A DNA stretch of 64,000 bases, taken from Catajapyx aquilonaris. Taxonomy: Eukaryota. The DNA is taken from contig JYFJ02000290.1 in NCBI GenBank assembly GCA_000934665.2, forward strand, positions 62,001-126,000. Reading direction: 5' to 3'. The first letter of the stretch is position 1. Each line of letters starts with the position of its first letter. Below are positions 13,365 to 27,109 of this stretch, one piece after another. The notes below the pieces were generated by a model that was not told the origin of the DNA, searched no databases, and saw only the letters and a program-made list of their open reading frames with translations. Both the position numbers and the translations under genes were made by a program.

Positions 13365-15386
13365 ATGGGCAGCAAAGCTTTAACTGTGGCGACGCTCCTC
13401 GCTATGTCCGCCTGCTGTGCAGTGCCTTTCCTCGATATCACCAATAATGGAACGAACAGAACTGTTGAAGAATTTATATCTCATCTGATATCTGAGGTAG
13501 TGATGGAGAAGCTTTCCAACTGCGCTCTTGTCCTTGCCCACGACTATCGACATCTCCCTTCACATTTTCAACAATTGCTCGTGAATTTCAGTGCGGAATA
13601 CAAGATTGCGTTGCCAGTGTCTGTTCCGGCCACGTTTTTGCTGCCAACTGGTCATTACCGTGACTTTTGGGACTTGCACTCAAAATACAGATTGGGCCCG
13701 TGTGCACTTCACATGTTGACCACCGAAACACCGGAGGATTTAGATCGACTCCATTTGTTCTTGGCTGAAACCGTACAAGTTGTCATACCCATGGACCACT
13801 TCATATTGTGGAGCAGGACCAAGTCACACGAGGCATTGTCAAGCAAGAGTCTGTTCAATGCTAGGCTCAAGATTGCGGTCACTTCGGCACCTGGTTCCGG
13901 TTTGATACTGCGCACCATTTGCTTCTTCTGCCGGGGAGGATACCACGAGGAGATGACACTTGGAACATACCCGGGTATAAGTGCAGAATACATGTTTCCA
14001 GTCACTGATGGGATCTGTGTAAAAGGAGCGCCGAACAAGACGCCTTACGTGTATGAAATGGACTGGAAAACCTCAGCCAACAAGGTAGCCAAGGAGGGTC
14101 GTCTGGCCTTAGGCTTGGCCGAAGCTACCCTGTACTACATAGGATTGAAGTTGAACGCATCATGGAGTGCTTATGAGTCAGCGATTGACCCAAAGTCCCT
14201 CGAGTTAGGCAGCCGACTCCAGAATGGATCGTGGATAGGATGGTCCGGAGAGCTGATGCTGGACAGGGCCAATTTCACCCTGATCGCGTTTTACCAAGCG
14301 AATGACATGTCGCACCTGCTCTACTCGTTCCCTGCCGTGTACGGGAGTTTCAGGTTTGTGACACGCTTTCCTAATCCCATGTGGTCGTGGAAAACAATAT
14401 TTTGGCCGTACAAGTTCTGGGTGTGGGTGCTGGTGACAACCGCAACGCTGATGGCCACTGCGATTACTAATGCATTGTTGACTGCTGAAGCAAGATTGCA
14501 GGACCAACACTTGCCTTCCGACGTTTTGACCTGGTCATTCAGGATATGCAGCACCGCTTTTTTGGAGCAGCTGCCCCAACAGGAAGTGCCCAGATTGCAT
14601 GGTGGTCGAGTGTTCCTCCTGTTCTGGTTCTACTTCGCCATGGTCATCACTTGTGGATATCAAGAAATGGTGTTTGCTTTCCTGTCCATTCCTGCCAGGG
14701 AAGTACTTCCCGTCACTTTCGAAGAGCTAGTCAACTCTGAGTTCACCATGGGAGCGCCATTTTACATGACGGTCCTGTTCAACATGGTGGCGAACAAGAT
14801 GGACATCGCCCTGTACAAGGACATTCAGAAGAAACTGGCCATGATGCGCGAATTCCAAGACTGCATGGAGAGGAGTCTGGCAGATGACTTTGCATGCATC
14901 GGAGTAGAACCTCTGATGGACTTCGAACGAGCCAAGATGGTGGACAGCAGAGGACACATGAAGCTTCGGCACAAAACGGAGTCCATCCTCAACTTGTTCA
15001 CAGGACAATCGTCTCTGAAGGACTCGATCACCTCTCCAATATTGTGTAAGTATGTGATGTGGGTATTTAATCACGGATTACTCCAGCACTGGCACAGCAA
15101 CTTGAAGTTCATGAACATGCTCCACGCTGTTTCGTCGGCAAAGAAGAGGCTGTCGAAGGAAGAAGAGGACGAAGAGGATGAAGGAGGCGGGAGTGACGGC
15201 AATGAGGAAGAATTTAGTCCACTTACCACTCGTAAACTTTACGGGCCTATGGGGCTGATTGTAGCTGGATGGATCATTGCTTTGGCTTTTTTCTTTGCCG
15301 AAGTTTTGTCGGGAGGATGTAAAGGCTGTCATAAGCATCCTCAACAGGTGGCTCAAGTGCAGATTGTGTATCCCTATTTGCCGTAA
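13365..15386 (+). CDS. Divergent ionotropic receptor (IR, iGluR-related chemoreceptor), single exon, 673 aa
   Basis: Uninterrupted ORF; the first ATG is at 13365 (the ORF track starts at an upstream TTG). It has an N-terminal signal-peptide-like segment, an S1-type motif (NGSWIGWSGELMLDRANF), pre-M1 'WKTIFWPYKFWVW' plus M1, pore-like 'AFLEQ', M3 'RVFLLFWFYFAMVITCGYQEMVFAFLS', 'PVTFEELVNS', and 'PLTTRKLYGPMGLIVAGWIIALAFFFAE' at M4. This is the typical divergent IR layout. Confidence 0.9.
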   Translation: MGSKALTVATLLAMSACCAVPFLDITNNGTNRTVEEFISHLISEVVMEKLSNCALVLAHDYRHLPSHFQQLLVNFSAEYKIALPVSVPATFLLPTGHYRDFWDLHSKYRLGPCALHMLTTETPEDLDRLHLFLAETVQVVIPMDHFILWSRTKSHEALSSKSLFNARLKIAVTSAPGSGLILRTICFFCRGGYHEEMTLGTYPGISAEYMFPVTDGICVKGAPNKTPYVYEMDWKTSANKVAKEGRLALGLAEATLYYIGLKLNASWSAYESAIDPKSLELGSRLQNGSWIGWSGELMLDRANFTLIAFYQANDMSHLLYSFPAVYGSFRFVTRFPNPMWSWKTIFWPYKFWVWVLVTTATLMATAITNALLTAEARLQDQHLPSDVLTWSFRICSTAFLEQLPQQEVPRLHGGRVFLLFWFYFAMVITCGYQEMVFAFLSIPAREVLPVTFEELVNSEFTMGAPFYMTVLFNMVANKMDIALYKDIQKKLAMMREFQDCMERSLADDFACIGVEPLMDFERAKMVDSRGHMKLRHKTESILNLFTGQSSLKDSITSPILCKYVMWVFNHGLLQHWHSNLKFMNMLHAVSSAKKRLSKEEEDEEDEGGGSDGNEEEFSPLTTRKLYGPMGLIVAGWIIALAFFFAEVLSGGCKGCHKHPQQVAQVQIVYPYLP

Positions 15387-17530
15387 GTATAACCTGCTTT
15401 GTGGTGTAGGTCCTATTGTGATACTGTCCTCAGGATGGCAAACTTGAATTCAGAGTTCAGGATTTTGTGAGAATCATTTGACCTCAATCTATGCAAGGTT
15501 ATGAGGACAATTTATAATCTTTGAATAATTATTATGTGTTGCATTCTAAGATTACTAATACTGCAACTTGTGACAGAATTCACCTAGTGTATAGCAATAT
15601 GCCTACAAAATAATTAGTGTCGACGTTTGGGCATTCAGTCCGAGCTCGATATCTGTGTAAATAAACTATAGATAGGGCTTTTAAGAAATATATACCGAAA
15701 ACAATGATAACAGTACATTACAGCGTGTAGTAGCAATTCCAGTACAAATGGAGGTAGATATCTGATGGAAGTAACTGCAGAGTAAATAAGGTCATGCTTC
15801 TGGCAGCGTAAGTGCTTTTCACAGTTTAAGCACAAATTATTGACGATGTTCATACAGTATAAAGAATAGTTGGGGAGAAAATAGCTATAGTGTTGGTTTT
15901 TCAAACAGTCCCAATGGAGAATTACAAACTACCTGCCTTTAAGTTGCTGATATGGCGTTAATAAAGCTACTGTTATATGAAATGTTTGGGAAACCAGGTA
16001 TTTTATGATACTATTTTTTAACATGCCATTGGATAACAGCGTAAAAGTTGAGCCTTACCCTTCACCAAGTGAGAGTAATCTGCAAAAAAAATTGTCCCCT
16101 AAGCATCCACTTTCGCAGATCAATTATTCATTGTTGGAACAAATTTCGAAGGCGGGTTTTCTGTGGGTTCGCTTGGGTTTTCTCGTGGTTTTCCAAAATT
16201 ACGTTCCTCCAAATAATAATATTATGCCCATATTACCTACACCCACATTACCCTTGAGAGAGACCATTATTCTCCCACACAGTTTGGTAAAATGACCTTT
16301 GGTGTTTTATAGTATAGTACCTTATTATTGTAACACACTGAGATTTTCAAGCTCATGCTGCACCGTACTGTTGGATAAATATTTCTGCACTGAGGAGCTT
16401 GTTTATATGCTACATTATACTGCACCGTACTGTACAAGAGGTGCCCGTCTCACTTGCCACAAGCGTGTGCCGCAAGTGGAGGGATACCGTATGCACAATG
16501 CACTGTACTTAGAGAGTCAGCTATAAGACCTTATGGTTCAAAATTCAGCTCACACATATACAATGCGCGTGGAAATTTCGCGAATGGTCATCCCTGCGAA
16601 CTCACCGAATCATAGAGAATACATTCGTTGTAAACACCATTAGATGAGCTTTACAATACCTATATGTAATTGACGGGTACCACACTTGAAGGTGAGACGA
16701 CAGAACGTCGAGTTACCGAGACGGATATGAACAAGGATGTGAAACACCCGGTATTTGCCCTGTGTTGCTGACTGATTAAGTACTGTACAATAACGTCATT
16801 CCAACATTCCAAGCACAAATACACAAATATTTTGATTATGCCAGATAAAAAAATATATGCACTCCTATCTGTGCCCTATTTACTCATGTTGTTATGGAAT
16901 ATATTTCCATAAAATTTGACGTAAATGTGCGAGGTATATTCACAACAGCACAGTTGCGTCGAATTACATGCACCTGTTCATGAATTTGGATTGTTAACGC
17001 ATTTACACAACTTTTATGATTTTGGTGCTGAAAATATTATTCTAGTAATTGTGATGTCGTGTTATTATTCTGTTAAATTTGTAATGGAAATTTAGGAGAA
17101 GGGGAAACAAGCACTATACAGGTGTTTACAGCACACCGGCAGGGAAAACAACACATTCTAAAATATGTCATTTCTTTTTCACAGTTAACACTATAATACT
17201 GTAGCCTACATTATTGTGAAGCTGTAAGATCGGTGTTTATGTCTCCGATAATAATGACAGTTATAGTACACTGTACAGTTTAGTTGCAATTTACAGGTGT
17301 GTGTATTGTACATAATAAATCCTAATTCAGCAATATCTGTTCAGCCTTCCCTTTAAATCAGCGTACAATTTCAGATTATTTTTGACGCAGACCAGGACAC
17401 GTCGCTCACCATCCAGTCATAAAACTAACCTCCGAATATTTAATCCCCTCACCTCACTACCCGCACCATGCCCCACCCTGAAATTAATCTAGCCAACACC
17501 GTTACCTCCGCACTAATTACACCATAGCCC

Positions 17531-18010
17531 CTCCCATTTTTATGATTCGAAACTTCATAAGGGAGCAAAAGCGGCAGAACCCACGTACTTTCCATGGAAA
17601 TCCCTCCTTATATAGTGTCGGAGGCAGAGAGGCACGATCTAGGCCCCTACTATAGTAGTTGGCATGTGTAAGCCAGCCTTCCAGCAGAGGGCCTGACAGC
17701 CCAATAAGGCCCTTCCGAAAGGTCCCCTTTCGTCACGGACCGCATCCAAAGCAGGCATGTTGACTATTTAAAGCCCCTTAGGCCCCTGGACTCTGCCCTT
17801 TGACAATGTGTGACAAGAGGACGGGGTTTGTCCACTCTGCTGGATGCGACGGAAATATTGGAATATCTGGAGCGCTGTCTTGTTCCGCCCCGGGGCCAGC
17901 AGTGGATATATGAAAAACGGAGGGGGGGTTTGATTCTCTGGAAACGATGTTTCATAACGGAGAATAATTGGCTTGGACTAGAGCCTGAGGTTTCAAGCTC
18001 TTTCCGCTCT
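17531..18010 (+). ncRNA. Candidate structured RNA island
   Basis: CTCCC..TTATGA/TCATAA-GGGAG hairpin; TCCACT(CT)GCTGG (17831-17843)/CCAGCAGTGGA (17896-17906), nested in AAAGCCCC/GGGGGTTT and AAGCCA/TGGCTT. Confidence 0.4.
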
Positions 18011-21000
18011 TCTGGTCATGAATTGGCAACAATAATGACAACTAGAGTCAATAAAAGTTGTTTCTTTCTGATTTTGTCCCACGGGAGTGTTTCTGCGATG
18101 TATTTTTAGGAAACAACTCCGGGTATGTGGCCTTTTTGCCATGCAATGTAGCGTGCACTTGGTAATGCAAATGTGAGGAAATAATTTCCGTTAGTGACTT
18201 TGAGTATACGTACAACCATGTTAGGAAATATCGGAGCCAGTTTCCCAAGAGAGAATAATATATGTACCGTCTTTGTAATTACCTATCACGCACAGGCACA
18301 ACAGTTGTAACATTGTCCTGACCTCTATTCGGTCTGTTTGATCCAATTGCCCATTGTTTTGGTCAGTGGATATGGGCTGGGTAAATCCCTTCAAATCCCG
18401 GTAATCATCATTACATTCCCCGATACCAAATTGAAGTCGTTTATATTCAAATTGCAATAGACCTGTGTTAGTTTGCAAAGCCAGCTATTTCTATACACTG
18501 TACTGTACACCATTATGTAGCTAGTTCTGACAAACGTGACTACCAGGACATGTCACGTGTCACTGTCTTATTATTCCGCCCATTCTCTTACCGGTCCGGT
18601 CGTAAATGATTCCATTTTTATTGATCAATCCGGTTATATGTATACCGGTCACCTGCAACATTATAGTTGATCCCGTTAGATTATGCAGGCGGTGCATAGG
18701 CGCCTATTGACTAACGGTGCATCCAACTCCTCTCAAGTGAATTTTCCTTCAAGACCTGCTGTACACCAGTGGGCGTATGGCCATAACAGTATAATTATCG
18801 ACTATGACTTTTCAGCTTGCAGAAGGCGTCATCATCGGAACCGTTTGATTCCGTGCAAAGTCCGCAAGTTTCTCTTCCCCGCCTGCCGGATAGATGATGA
18901 TGGTCACGATCGAGCCATAGAACCAGGGCCGTTCTGCCAGAATCTGTCTGAACATGCCGGAAAGCTCGACTCAGACGTGTCAGATGAGTAGATGGCCTCT
19001 AGCCATCCTTCGCCAGCAGATAATCAACAAGTTTCCTGCTTTCCTCCAGCATCCCAGTGTAGAATCAGGGCGTCTCCATCAGGTAAGCCACAAACACATC
19101 AACTATACCTCTGGAATATCAAAGCTGTACGAGTACGGTACGTTTTGAACCGAATTTATTTATTTATTGGTTTATTAATTTATTAACCAATTTATCTGTC
19201 GAGTTATCTGCTAATTAATTAGCAAATTTAATTACATACTATATTTGTTTGTTTGTTTGTTTACATGAGCAGTTGTCTCTATGGAGATGGTGCCTGCGGT
19301 GAATCATGACTAATCCAAATATGTAAGCGTGAAAATTGGATGTCAATTGTGTGGCACGAAGAGTGGGCGAAGTAGCCTAATTACCTGCACGAAACATCAG
19401 TTGTGAACTGTCAAAGGCTCGGTGGTTGTCCATATTATTACGTCTTGAGAATATGTTTGCTAGAAGGGCCGCAAATTGGTAGTTCCAGACACACAAGCCT
19501 GCATTAGCCAAAAAAGTGCCTAATGTAATGGGAATGAATGCAAGGAGCAAGTGACAGACATGCAAAATTTTCACGCACTCGATTTTTCATGTGCTGATTA
19601 CATCCAAGGTGCACAGCAGGTTGACTTTTTCCTACTTATTGGCTATTACCCCACCACCTTATGTCCAAATTCGCCTCTTTTCGTTCCGTGTGATGAAAAT
19701 GCCTGTGAGGCAATTTCATCCAAAAATATTAGTTTTTTTTTTTTTTGTTCCAGCTCACTCCGACCTGAGCCATATCAAAAATCGGAATTGGCATAATGGT
19801 ACAGCACGCTTCCCAGATCCTTCAGGCCCTGCTTTTTCTACCGTAGTACCGGCATATAAAAAAAATTGTGCCTGCAGCTTCCAAATTCCTACATGCATCA
19901 GGCTCTCGAAATGTTCCGCAGCGATCGAGGTCTAAACGATGCAGCAAGGTGCCAGGAACTTGTACGTAAATTGATTTTTTTGTGGCGCAAAAACCGAATA
20001 TGGAGGAAAAAAAAAATTTTACAACTGGATTCACGACCTTTTTCACACAGCGATAAGCTGCGGTTATCATTCACGCACCGAAGACCTTCGAAAATGAGTT
20101 TTCTTCCTGCACTATTTGCAAGGGGTTATTTCCCATGCAAATGCAACAGCATCGTCTGCTTGTGTATATTGTTAGAATTTCGTGTGTTATATAGGGTATG
20201 GAGTAAGCTCCGTTACACGTGTCGCTTTCCCAGTCGCTTGGGTAGCATAATCTTAAGGAATATGACCCGAGTTGGCTATAACCAAGTTGTGGAAATAAGG
20301 TGCCACCTTTTCAGTGCAGTTTTTATATTCAGATGGCTTGAGATTGGCAATAAAGCGCGATTGGTCGTTTTAATGGCGAAATATGCTGTCGTCTCGGCTG
20401 TTATGACACTTATCGCGTTCATTAATCCAGCGATAAAAATCTTGACTCCCAAATTGTGTGCCAGAGCTCGTATTGGAATCTGCTAACCTTATTATTAAGT
20501 AGTTAATTACGATTGCAGCATGTGGAAGGAATACATAGCGTGGGCTGTTGAACGAAAGTAACACCCAGAAAAGCATGTGATCAGTATAGGCCGGGAGTTC
20601 GTTAAAGCAACAAATTATGACATCGAATTATTCGTGACTGGTAAGACCTAAATATTTTCATAAGATGTGTAAGCTAAAATTTATTCCTAAAAATCAGCCA
20701 GCTATTTTTGAGAAGTGTTTGACTACTAATCACAGACATGTTCCTGCAAGTAGGTTAACCGACAAACAAAACTAGAATACAAAGGCATGCCATGTCGAAT
20801 GCAATTACTGTACCTAGCATAGTAAATCGATGCATTCTATTTTTACAAAGGCCAATATTCCGACCAGTACATTGCCCTCAGAAAAACATTTGAAGACCAT
20901 GCATACAGTGATCCAAGTCTCAGCAGATGAAGTACGAAGGTTTTTGAATCTTACATTATTCATTACGAGAGCACTTATTTTCAAATATTCAACTATACAA

Positions 21001-21249
21001 GTTCTTTGTAGTTTTAAAGATGCAAAGAGACCGTATGAACGACTACTAAATTTTGAACAAAATAATGAATATGAGGTTTTACTTCCATCCTACATAACGT
21101 CCTCTTAAATCCTTTAGAACCCCCAAGAGTATATCTCTCCAACTTGCAAAACTTCATCTCCGACATGACGACAAAGAGCGGTCACCCCCGACATAAGTCC
21201 CTCGACACCACCCCATACGGCACACGACATCGATGACTAACCCTCCCTG

Positions 21250-21490
21250 GCATTGAGTGACGCCATCCAATCGATCCCTCCTCCAAATAATCCAGTGTGT
21301 TAGGTCCCCCCCTTCTCTTCCTTATGAAACTGGATCATTGGGGCAGACATGACTCACATGATGAATGTGAGTAGGTGTCCAGCATGTGTCAGGCCTAACC
21401 GCTGATTGTAGAGGGCACCACAGTCGCGCATGGAGGATACGCGCCCTTTCGCTATGGAGCGAGGGGATCTCCAGAGCGTGGAGTCAGTGC
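21250..21490 (+). ncRNA. Candidate multibranched structured RNA core
   Basis: GATCCCTC/GAGGGGATC enclosing the hairpins ATCCAGT/ACTGGAT, ACTCACAT/ATGTGAGT and AGGGC..GCGC/GCGCCCT. Confidence 0.4.
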
Positions 21491-24327
21491 ACCTCCTGCC
21501 CTGGTGCAGGACAGACGTTCATTCAGCATCGTCTCTCTTTGTACCTTACAACTTAGTACATTACGTGCAAATGGAAGGTTTCACCACGGGCTTTCTTGCG
21601 GACAAGGGCCTCGACACCTGAAGATATTAATCAGACAACATTCACCAGTAAGTTGCATGCATGGATCACTATTTTAAAAAAAGTGTTGGGCATGACGTAA
21701 CAATGCTCAACAATGTTGCCGGTTGTGTGAAATATTCGATTATGTATATTCACTACAATGCGCGGCATAATCGTTGGTTTTTTAATGCCTAAATTTGCAT
21801 ATGTGCAATCGGCCATATGGCTGAATACAGTTTATGCAAATTTAAAAATTATGCAGTGTTTTTAACCTTCTGTGAGTGGGACACGTGGTCGGACCATCAG
21901 TTACAGGTTCGATATTTTCGCCCCAATTATCTACACAATTGCAACTGGCAGCTTGAACAGTTTTCTGAATGCATGTAAATCACTCTCGGAAGTAGAATCA
22001 CGCCGAAATGTTTAATTGTAATAAAAAGAACGAGGAAAATCCAATTAAGCAGAAAACACTATATAAAAGAAGTGTTTGTAATAATAGACAATCCAAAGTT
22101 ACGCTTCGGACGTTCGTTTTCTTAAAACAGCACATTTTTAAAGCATGCAATGTATAAATCATAACGAGTTTATAACTCGGTTAATACACTAAGCCTCTGC
22201 AAAAATGTGTACTTGACAGTCTGGTGTAGTTATTACGCGACCCTCCATAAAAAAACCAAAACAGGAGGCACGTCACGTGGGTTTTTCCTGACTGGAAGTT
22301 GCATGCCAGCTTTGCTTTTACGTGTGTCAATAACTCGGTCCAATGCTCCGCATCACAGAATTTCACTCCCGGTTCGTTTTTCAAAGCAGAAAACTATTAC
22401 CGGTGCGTTTTTGCATCAGTGTCACTTTTACATCAGAGAGACCGCGTCGTTATATTTTTTTTTGTCGCGGGCAACAAAGTTATCAAGGCGTATTAAAACC
22501 TGCCGAATGAAATTCGCCTAATCGCGTCATAACACCGCTTATTAGCTTTGCAAAGTGCGACACATAATAAAGGCACTGAATGACAACGAATGAATGACTA
22601 ACCTTCCCAGCATACTAATTACGACTGGATGAACACTGTCCATAATCACCGTAATACTCGGCCCCGCAATTTATGGTAATCATCGCGACGTGACCGCAAA
22701 TCAATCGCAAAACGACTAAAAAAAAGCGGCGCCTTGACTTATAAAGGCAAAGGCATAACACAAAATTTGAACTCCGAATCTAATAACCAGCTTTGCATAT
22801 TTTGAACGCATCCCTTTTTTTCTAGCACTCGAAGGGATCAAAAGGGTCTATTCCCAACGGCTATAAAACCTCCCATCCAATTCGCATAGGGCTCCGATAC
22901 CCTCATAGAAACCACGTTAGCGCCTATATAAAAGTTGAGCTTCATTTGTCATCATTTTTTCTCTCTCTCTCTGCTGACTTCTGAAGAGCCTTCACCAGTG
23001 ACCTCCTTCGTGCCGGCTCCATCTTTGTGGGGTCCATTCACTTCATTTTACAAAGGAACCTCTCAGGTGTGAAGCAAAACCACTGTTGTGTTCAACGGCC
23101 TCCGAACACGGAATGCGACAGATGATTTTCGGCTAGAAATCAAGACGTTTTTCGCACACAAAATAATTAACGGGGCGTCACGATCTGGCTATAAACAACT
23201 CGATTTGCATCTGTTGGTGTCAACTACCAGCAAAATATTAGATTGTAGCCGCACCTATAGGGATAATTTCATCTAGAGTCCTGTTATATAGAGGTGGTTA
23301 CCCATCTTTTCTGACTATAAACTGCACCGTGTAATGCGATTAGGGGCGAAACCGCCCAGGGAGATGACATGAAAGCTGGTAACTAAGTTCTTTCCGTTTT
23401 TTTTGCACTCTTTTGTTCCAACTTGTCACGAGTTTCGTTAGATCCCAAGGCTAGGAAACCCTTCCGAAAGTGTCAAACTATCTAACTACTGCAAAGCCAT
23501 TCAATTCCGTGGCTGGGTGGGGGAAAAGCAGTAATTATTGGAACATATAGAGCATATTGTTTCGCAATTAGGAAATTGCATAATAGCATGTTTCATTAGC
23601 TGGATATTTAAAGCTAAATGTTTCGCTGTGTTCATGACAGTGTGGCCTTTTTTGGACAGCCTGAATCTACCATATTTTTGACACTTTCTGAAAAGAGACG
23701 ACGATGACCACCCACATCTGCCACATATGTCATAACTGGCTTTCACCAGCAGTTATGATGAGAGGTCCAAACAAGAAATCAAGTCCGATGAACCGTCACT
23801 TTTTCTATGTTCCTTCTACCCCTGAAGCATCTGAACAACGGACACTTTTGATGTCAAACTGGGCCGGTACAGTACTCGTCCCTCTGAATGATTTCCAATA
23901 TTCTGTTGTTTTTGTTGACATTCCTCCTCTTGAAATTGCTAGACCTAATCCCATCCATTGAATATTAATCTCCCTTTTCGGGCATTCGCATTTAAAAAAG
24001 TCCTATTGTGCAAGGCGGCATATTTAAAAAAGGCCGTCCCTCATTCTTTCAGCAGAGTTGTGCTTAATCCTCCTTTAAAAAAAAAAATCCGCATCTTGCA
24101 CGAACGAGCTTGGACCAAAGAATACGCTTAAAAAATCCTCTGAAATCGCTTCCCTATACTAGATTTATATGGCGCTTCTAAGCAGATTTGGAGAACTGTT
24201 TGCAATAAGGCGCTTTAACAAATCATGGGCTCTATCTAAAGGAGTGTGTGTATATCGTAAGGATGCAGTGTACCGTAAAAAAGCGGGTAGGAAATGAGGG
24301 TGACTGGTAAAGCTTAGGAAATCAATG

Positions 24328-24954
24328 CCTAGCTCCCTGCATTATATTACACCTCCACTCATGAGTGGCGAAACTTAAATCTTCTCTCTCGGACGCTATC
24401 TCACAGCACCATATCCTGGCAAATAGGGAAGTGTACGTGCGCTTCCAATATATTTTTATCCTCAGTCGAGATGAAAACTTGCGAAGCGACGAGACTTGCA
24501 AAAAAAACGAGATTTGCACACACAAAAAACGTGCAGAAGAGTGGATGTATTCAGGGAAGCAGGTGGCGAATCCGCTATACTGAATTGAAAAAAAACGGAT
24601 ATTTTTCATTATGTGTGACAAAATTTCGAACTGGTGTCATGTGCCGCAGAGAGGTGTCGAATATTTTTGCACCATTTTTGTGGGGGACCAATTATGATGG
24701 GAGTGTCTTTTTTTTTGGAGAGGATTCGATAGGGTGGCGGATGTGGTGCCATGTTGAAAATTAGAGTTGGCCTCAGATAACGTTTGTTTTGTGTCGGGTG
24801 ACGTTGGAATATCTGGGATGGTGGCATGTGCCGGGGATTGTCGATATTTTGCACACCTGTTTCCGGTCAATTACAGCTCTCGAACCTCCTCTTGTGTTGT
24901 GATAACTCTCGAGGTGAGAGGATGTGGTTTGGTCCGCCATGTTGTCCTGCTAGG
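24328..24954 (+). ncRNA. Candidate rod-like RNA
   Basis: CCTAGC/GCTAGG closure; GCACCATATCC (24406-24416)/GGATGTGGTGC (24739-24749; 1 G-U); ATCCTC/GAGGAT; TGCAAAAA/TTTTTGCA. Confidence 0.45.
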
Positions 24955-25989
24955 TTCAAATTGTGCAGAAACAGATATCAAATTCTGACGAACAATAATA
25001 ATTGAAAATTCCTCACTTTTAGATCGCAATATCTTCTATAAAAATAGTGCAGCTGGCGCCATGTTCAAAATCGACTTCAGATAACCAATTCTGCCCGCTC
25101 CCATAAATTTAATAGATGAACGGTAGCAGAGACACAATTAGCAATATACCCCCACTTTATGTAACTGGTGAATCTACGATAACGTTATCTCCACGAATAG
25201 CACCGTGGAAGCAAGACTGGATTGAAATCTCTGCAGGGGAGGATTAGTAATCCAACAGGTCGAGAGAGAGGGCATAACTTGTGTAGTCTCAAGCTGAGGA
25301 TGGGACGGCATTTAATAGCCCTGGTCGTTAGCTTTTATGGCCAACAACGGCAGCCCAAGTCGGCAAATATTATACTTGTAAACTGACGAGCTTTGTTTGC
25401 CCCCCGAAATTTCTGCACACCACCTTGCTTATCACACGGTAGCGGGCAAATTGCAGTAACCGCACACCTTGCCTGGGAAGCTGCTGAAGTGAGCCTTTGA
25501 TTGTATAAATGATTCAGGACTACTGGATTATATACCGAGGGACAACAGTTTTGCACTCAACACTTATTTATTAACACTTCATGCCTCCTATTGCAAGGTG
25601 TTTCGTAGCGTGAAATCATGCGGAGAGTAAATAAAGTATGCTCCTCTGCTGAAATAGCAAATAGCAATATTTTTGGTAAGCTGTTAGTTTCGAACTAGGT
25701 GCAAGGAAAGTCGAAAAATTGCGATATCAATTAAATGGCAGCGAATTAATAGTGAATATTTTTATAGCCTCTGAATGCATCTGTTTTAAAACTGTTAAAA
25801 ATTAAGCAGCTTAGTGCGAATCAATAGCACTCTTGAGTATAAATTCTAAAGGTAGAATTTCCACAACTGATAATAATTGCGCTTTTATATCTGGAAAACC
25901 GTGGCAGCTTACTCCGAGCCGAGTAATTCTTTTTACCTCCCAGAGCAAGATCCTTGTCAGAGTGATTTATTCCCACAGCATTTAGTGTA

Positions 25990-26541
25990 ATGGAAGCTAA
26001 CAGTAAGGGGAGGCTGAAGGAACACGTCTGGGATGTAGCAATCCATTTCGATTAACATGAAACAAGCAGTTGGTGGCATTAATTCCACGATTCATCGCCA
26101 TCGATCCCTCCAGCACGAAACATTCGAGGGGGGATAAGCAAAGCACGATCCAAAATCCGGGGCAACACGGTCCGATTGGTCCAGAAACATTGTTACTCTT
26201 CATGCAAACCTGGATTAGCTGCACGGGTTGCAACGGGTAGCAATCCCCCAGCAAGGACAACAACAGAATGAGAGAAAAAACCCATCCCCTGAAGAAGAAA
26301 GGAAACCCATGTATTCATTTGGAGCTGTCAGCCAGCGATTCGATCCACACCGGAGAATTCTTACACTGCCAGGACCTCCCCAGCTGTAACTTGTGCTATA
26401 TCCCAGGGCTAAATGGTTCTTCCTCCTCTTTTTCTACCTGACCAATAAACGTCCTCATCTATCCCCGGAGTTTCCCATACTCCCGAATCGATTCTGCTCT
26501 TTTTTTCCACTATTTCGAAAGTGTTTTTCTTGGACTTCCAT
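25990..26541 (+). ncRNA. Candidate structured RNA island
   Basis: ATGGAAG/CTTCCAT closure; CTGGGATGTAGCA (26028-26040)/TGCTATATCCCAG (26394-26406; 13 bp, 1 G-U). Confidence 0.4.
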
Positions 26542-27109
26542 AAGGCAGTCCAGCACCAATGATAGTGGTTATGTGATTAATATTTTAGTTCGGGGAAATT
26601 GAGTTCTCAAACTGTGGCATATGTTCGTTAGAAAGTCCACTATTGGCTTTTCATGATTTTTAGAAAATGGGAATCGAAGTTTATACAGAGAAAAATTTGG
26701 AAGCGATTGGAATCCTGATATTGCTCAAAATTATTAGGAAGGTGAATATCCTAATACAGTATTTATTGAAGCAATTTTGATATTATTATACATATAAATA
26801 TGTGGACGAGTCGTTGTGGCCATCTGAATTATAGAGCAGGCTTTTTCAGGCAGTCAAATATTAATGCCGATTGGGACTTTATCCTTTTCTTGTCTTTTTG
26901 TGTGTACAGTACAATGTATAAACTTTTAGTTCAATTGCATCCCTCAGAGGCCTAGTACAGTACCGGTCCTTATCAGAGTGTACAGTACATTGGAGAATTG
27001 GTTTCTGCTGTCAGCTCACTGTGAGTTAACATGACACGTAGGCAATTCCCCAACTGTAAAAAGTCCTTTCATTCTAGCACCGAACAGCTTGAAAAATAAA
27101 TTTTTGGCA

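Noticed and set aside
18700..19140. Possible pseudogene fragment on the - strand (…QILAERPWFYGSIVTIIIYP…)
   Set aside because: The open stretches are short and I do not recognise the family; a tblastx search would be needed.
19866..20486. 206-aa ORF
   Set aside because: TTG start, no recognisable domain and composition typical of AT-rich non-coding DNA.
22981..23080. Possible hammerhead ribozyme core (CTGAAGA-stem-CAAAAC); similar case at 25383
   Set aside because: The required GAAA or a proper stem II, and stems I/III, are absent. I found no convincing ribozyme in the array.
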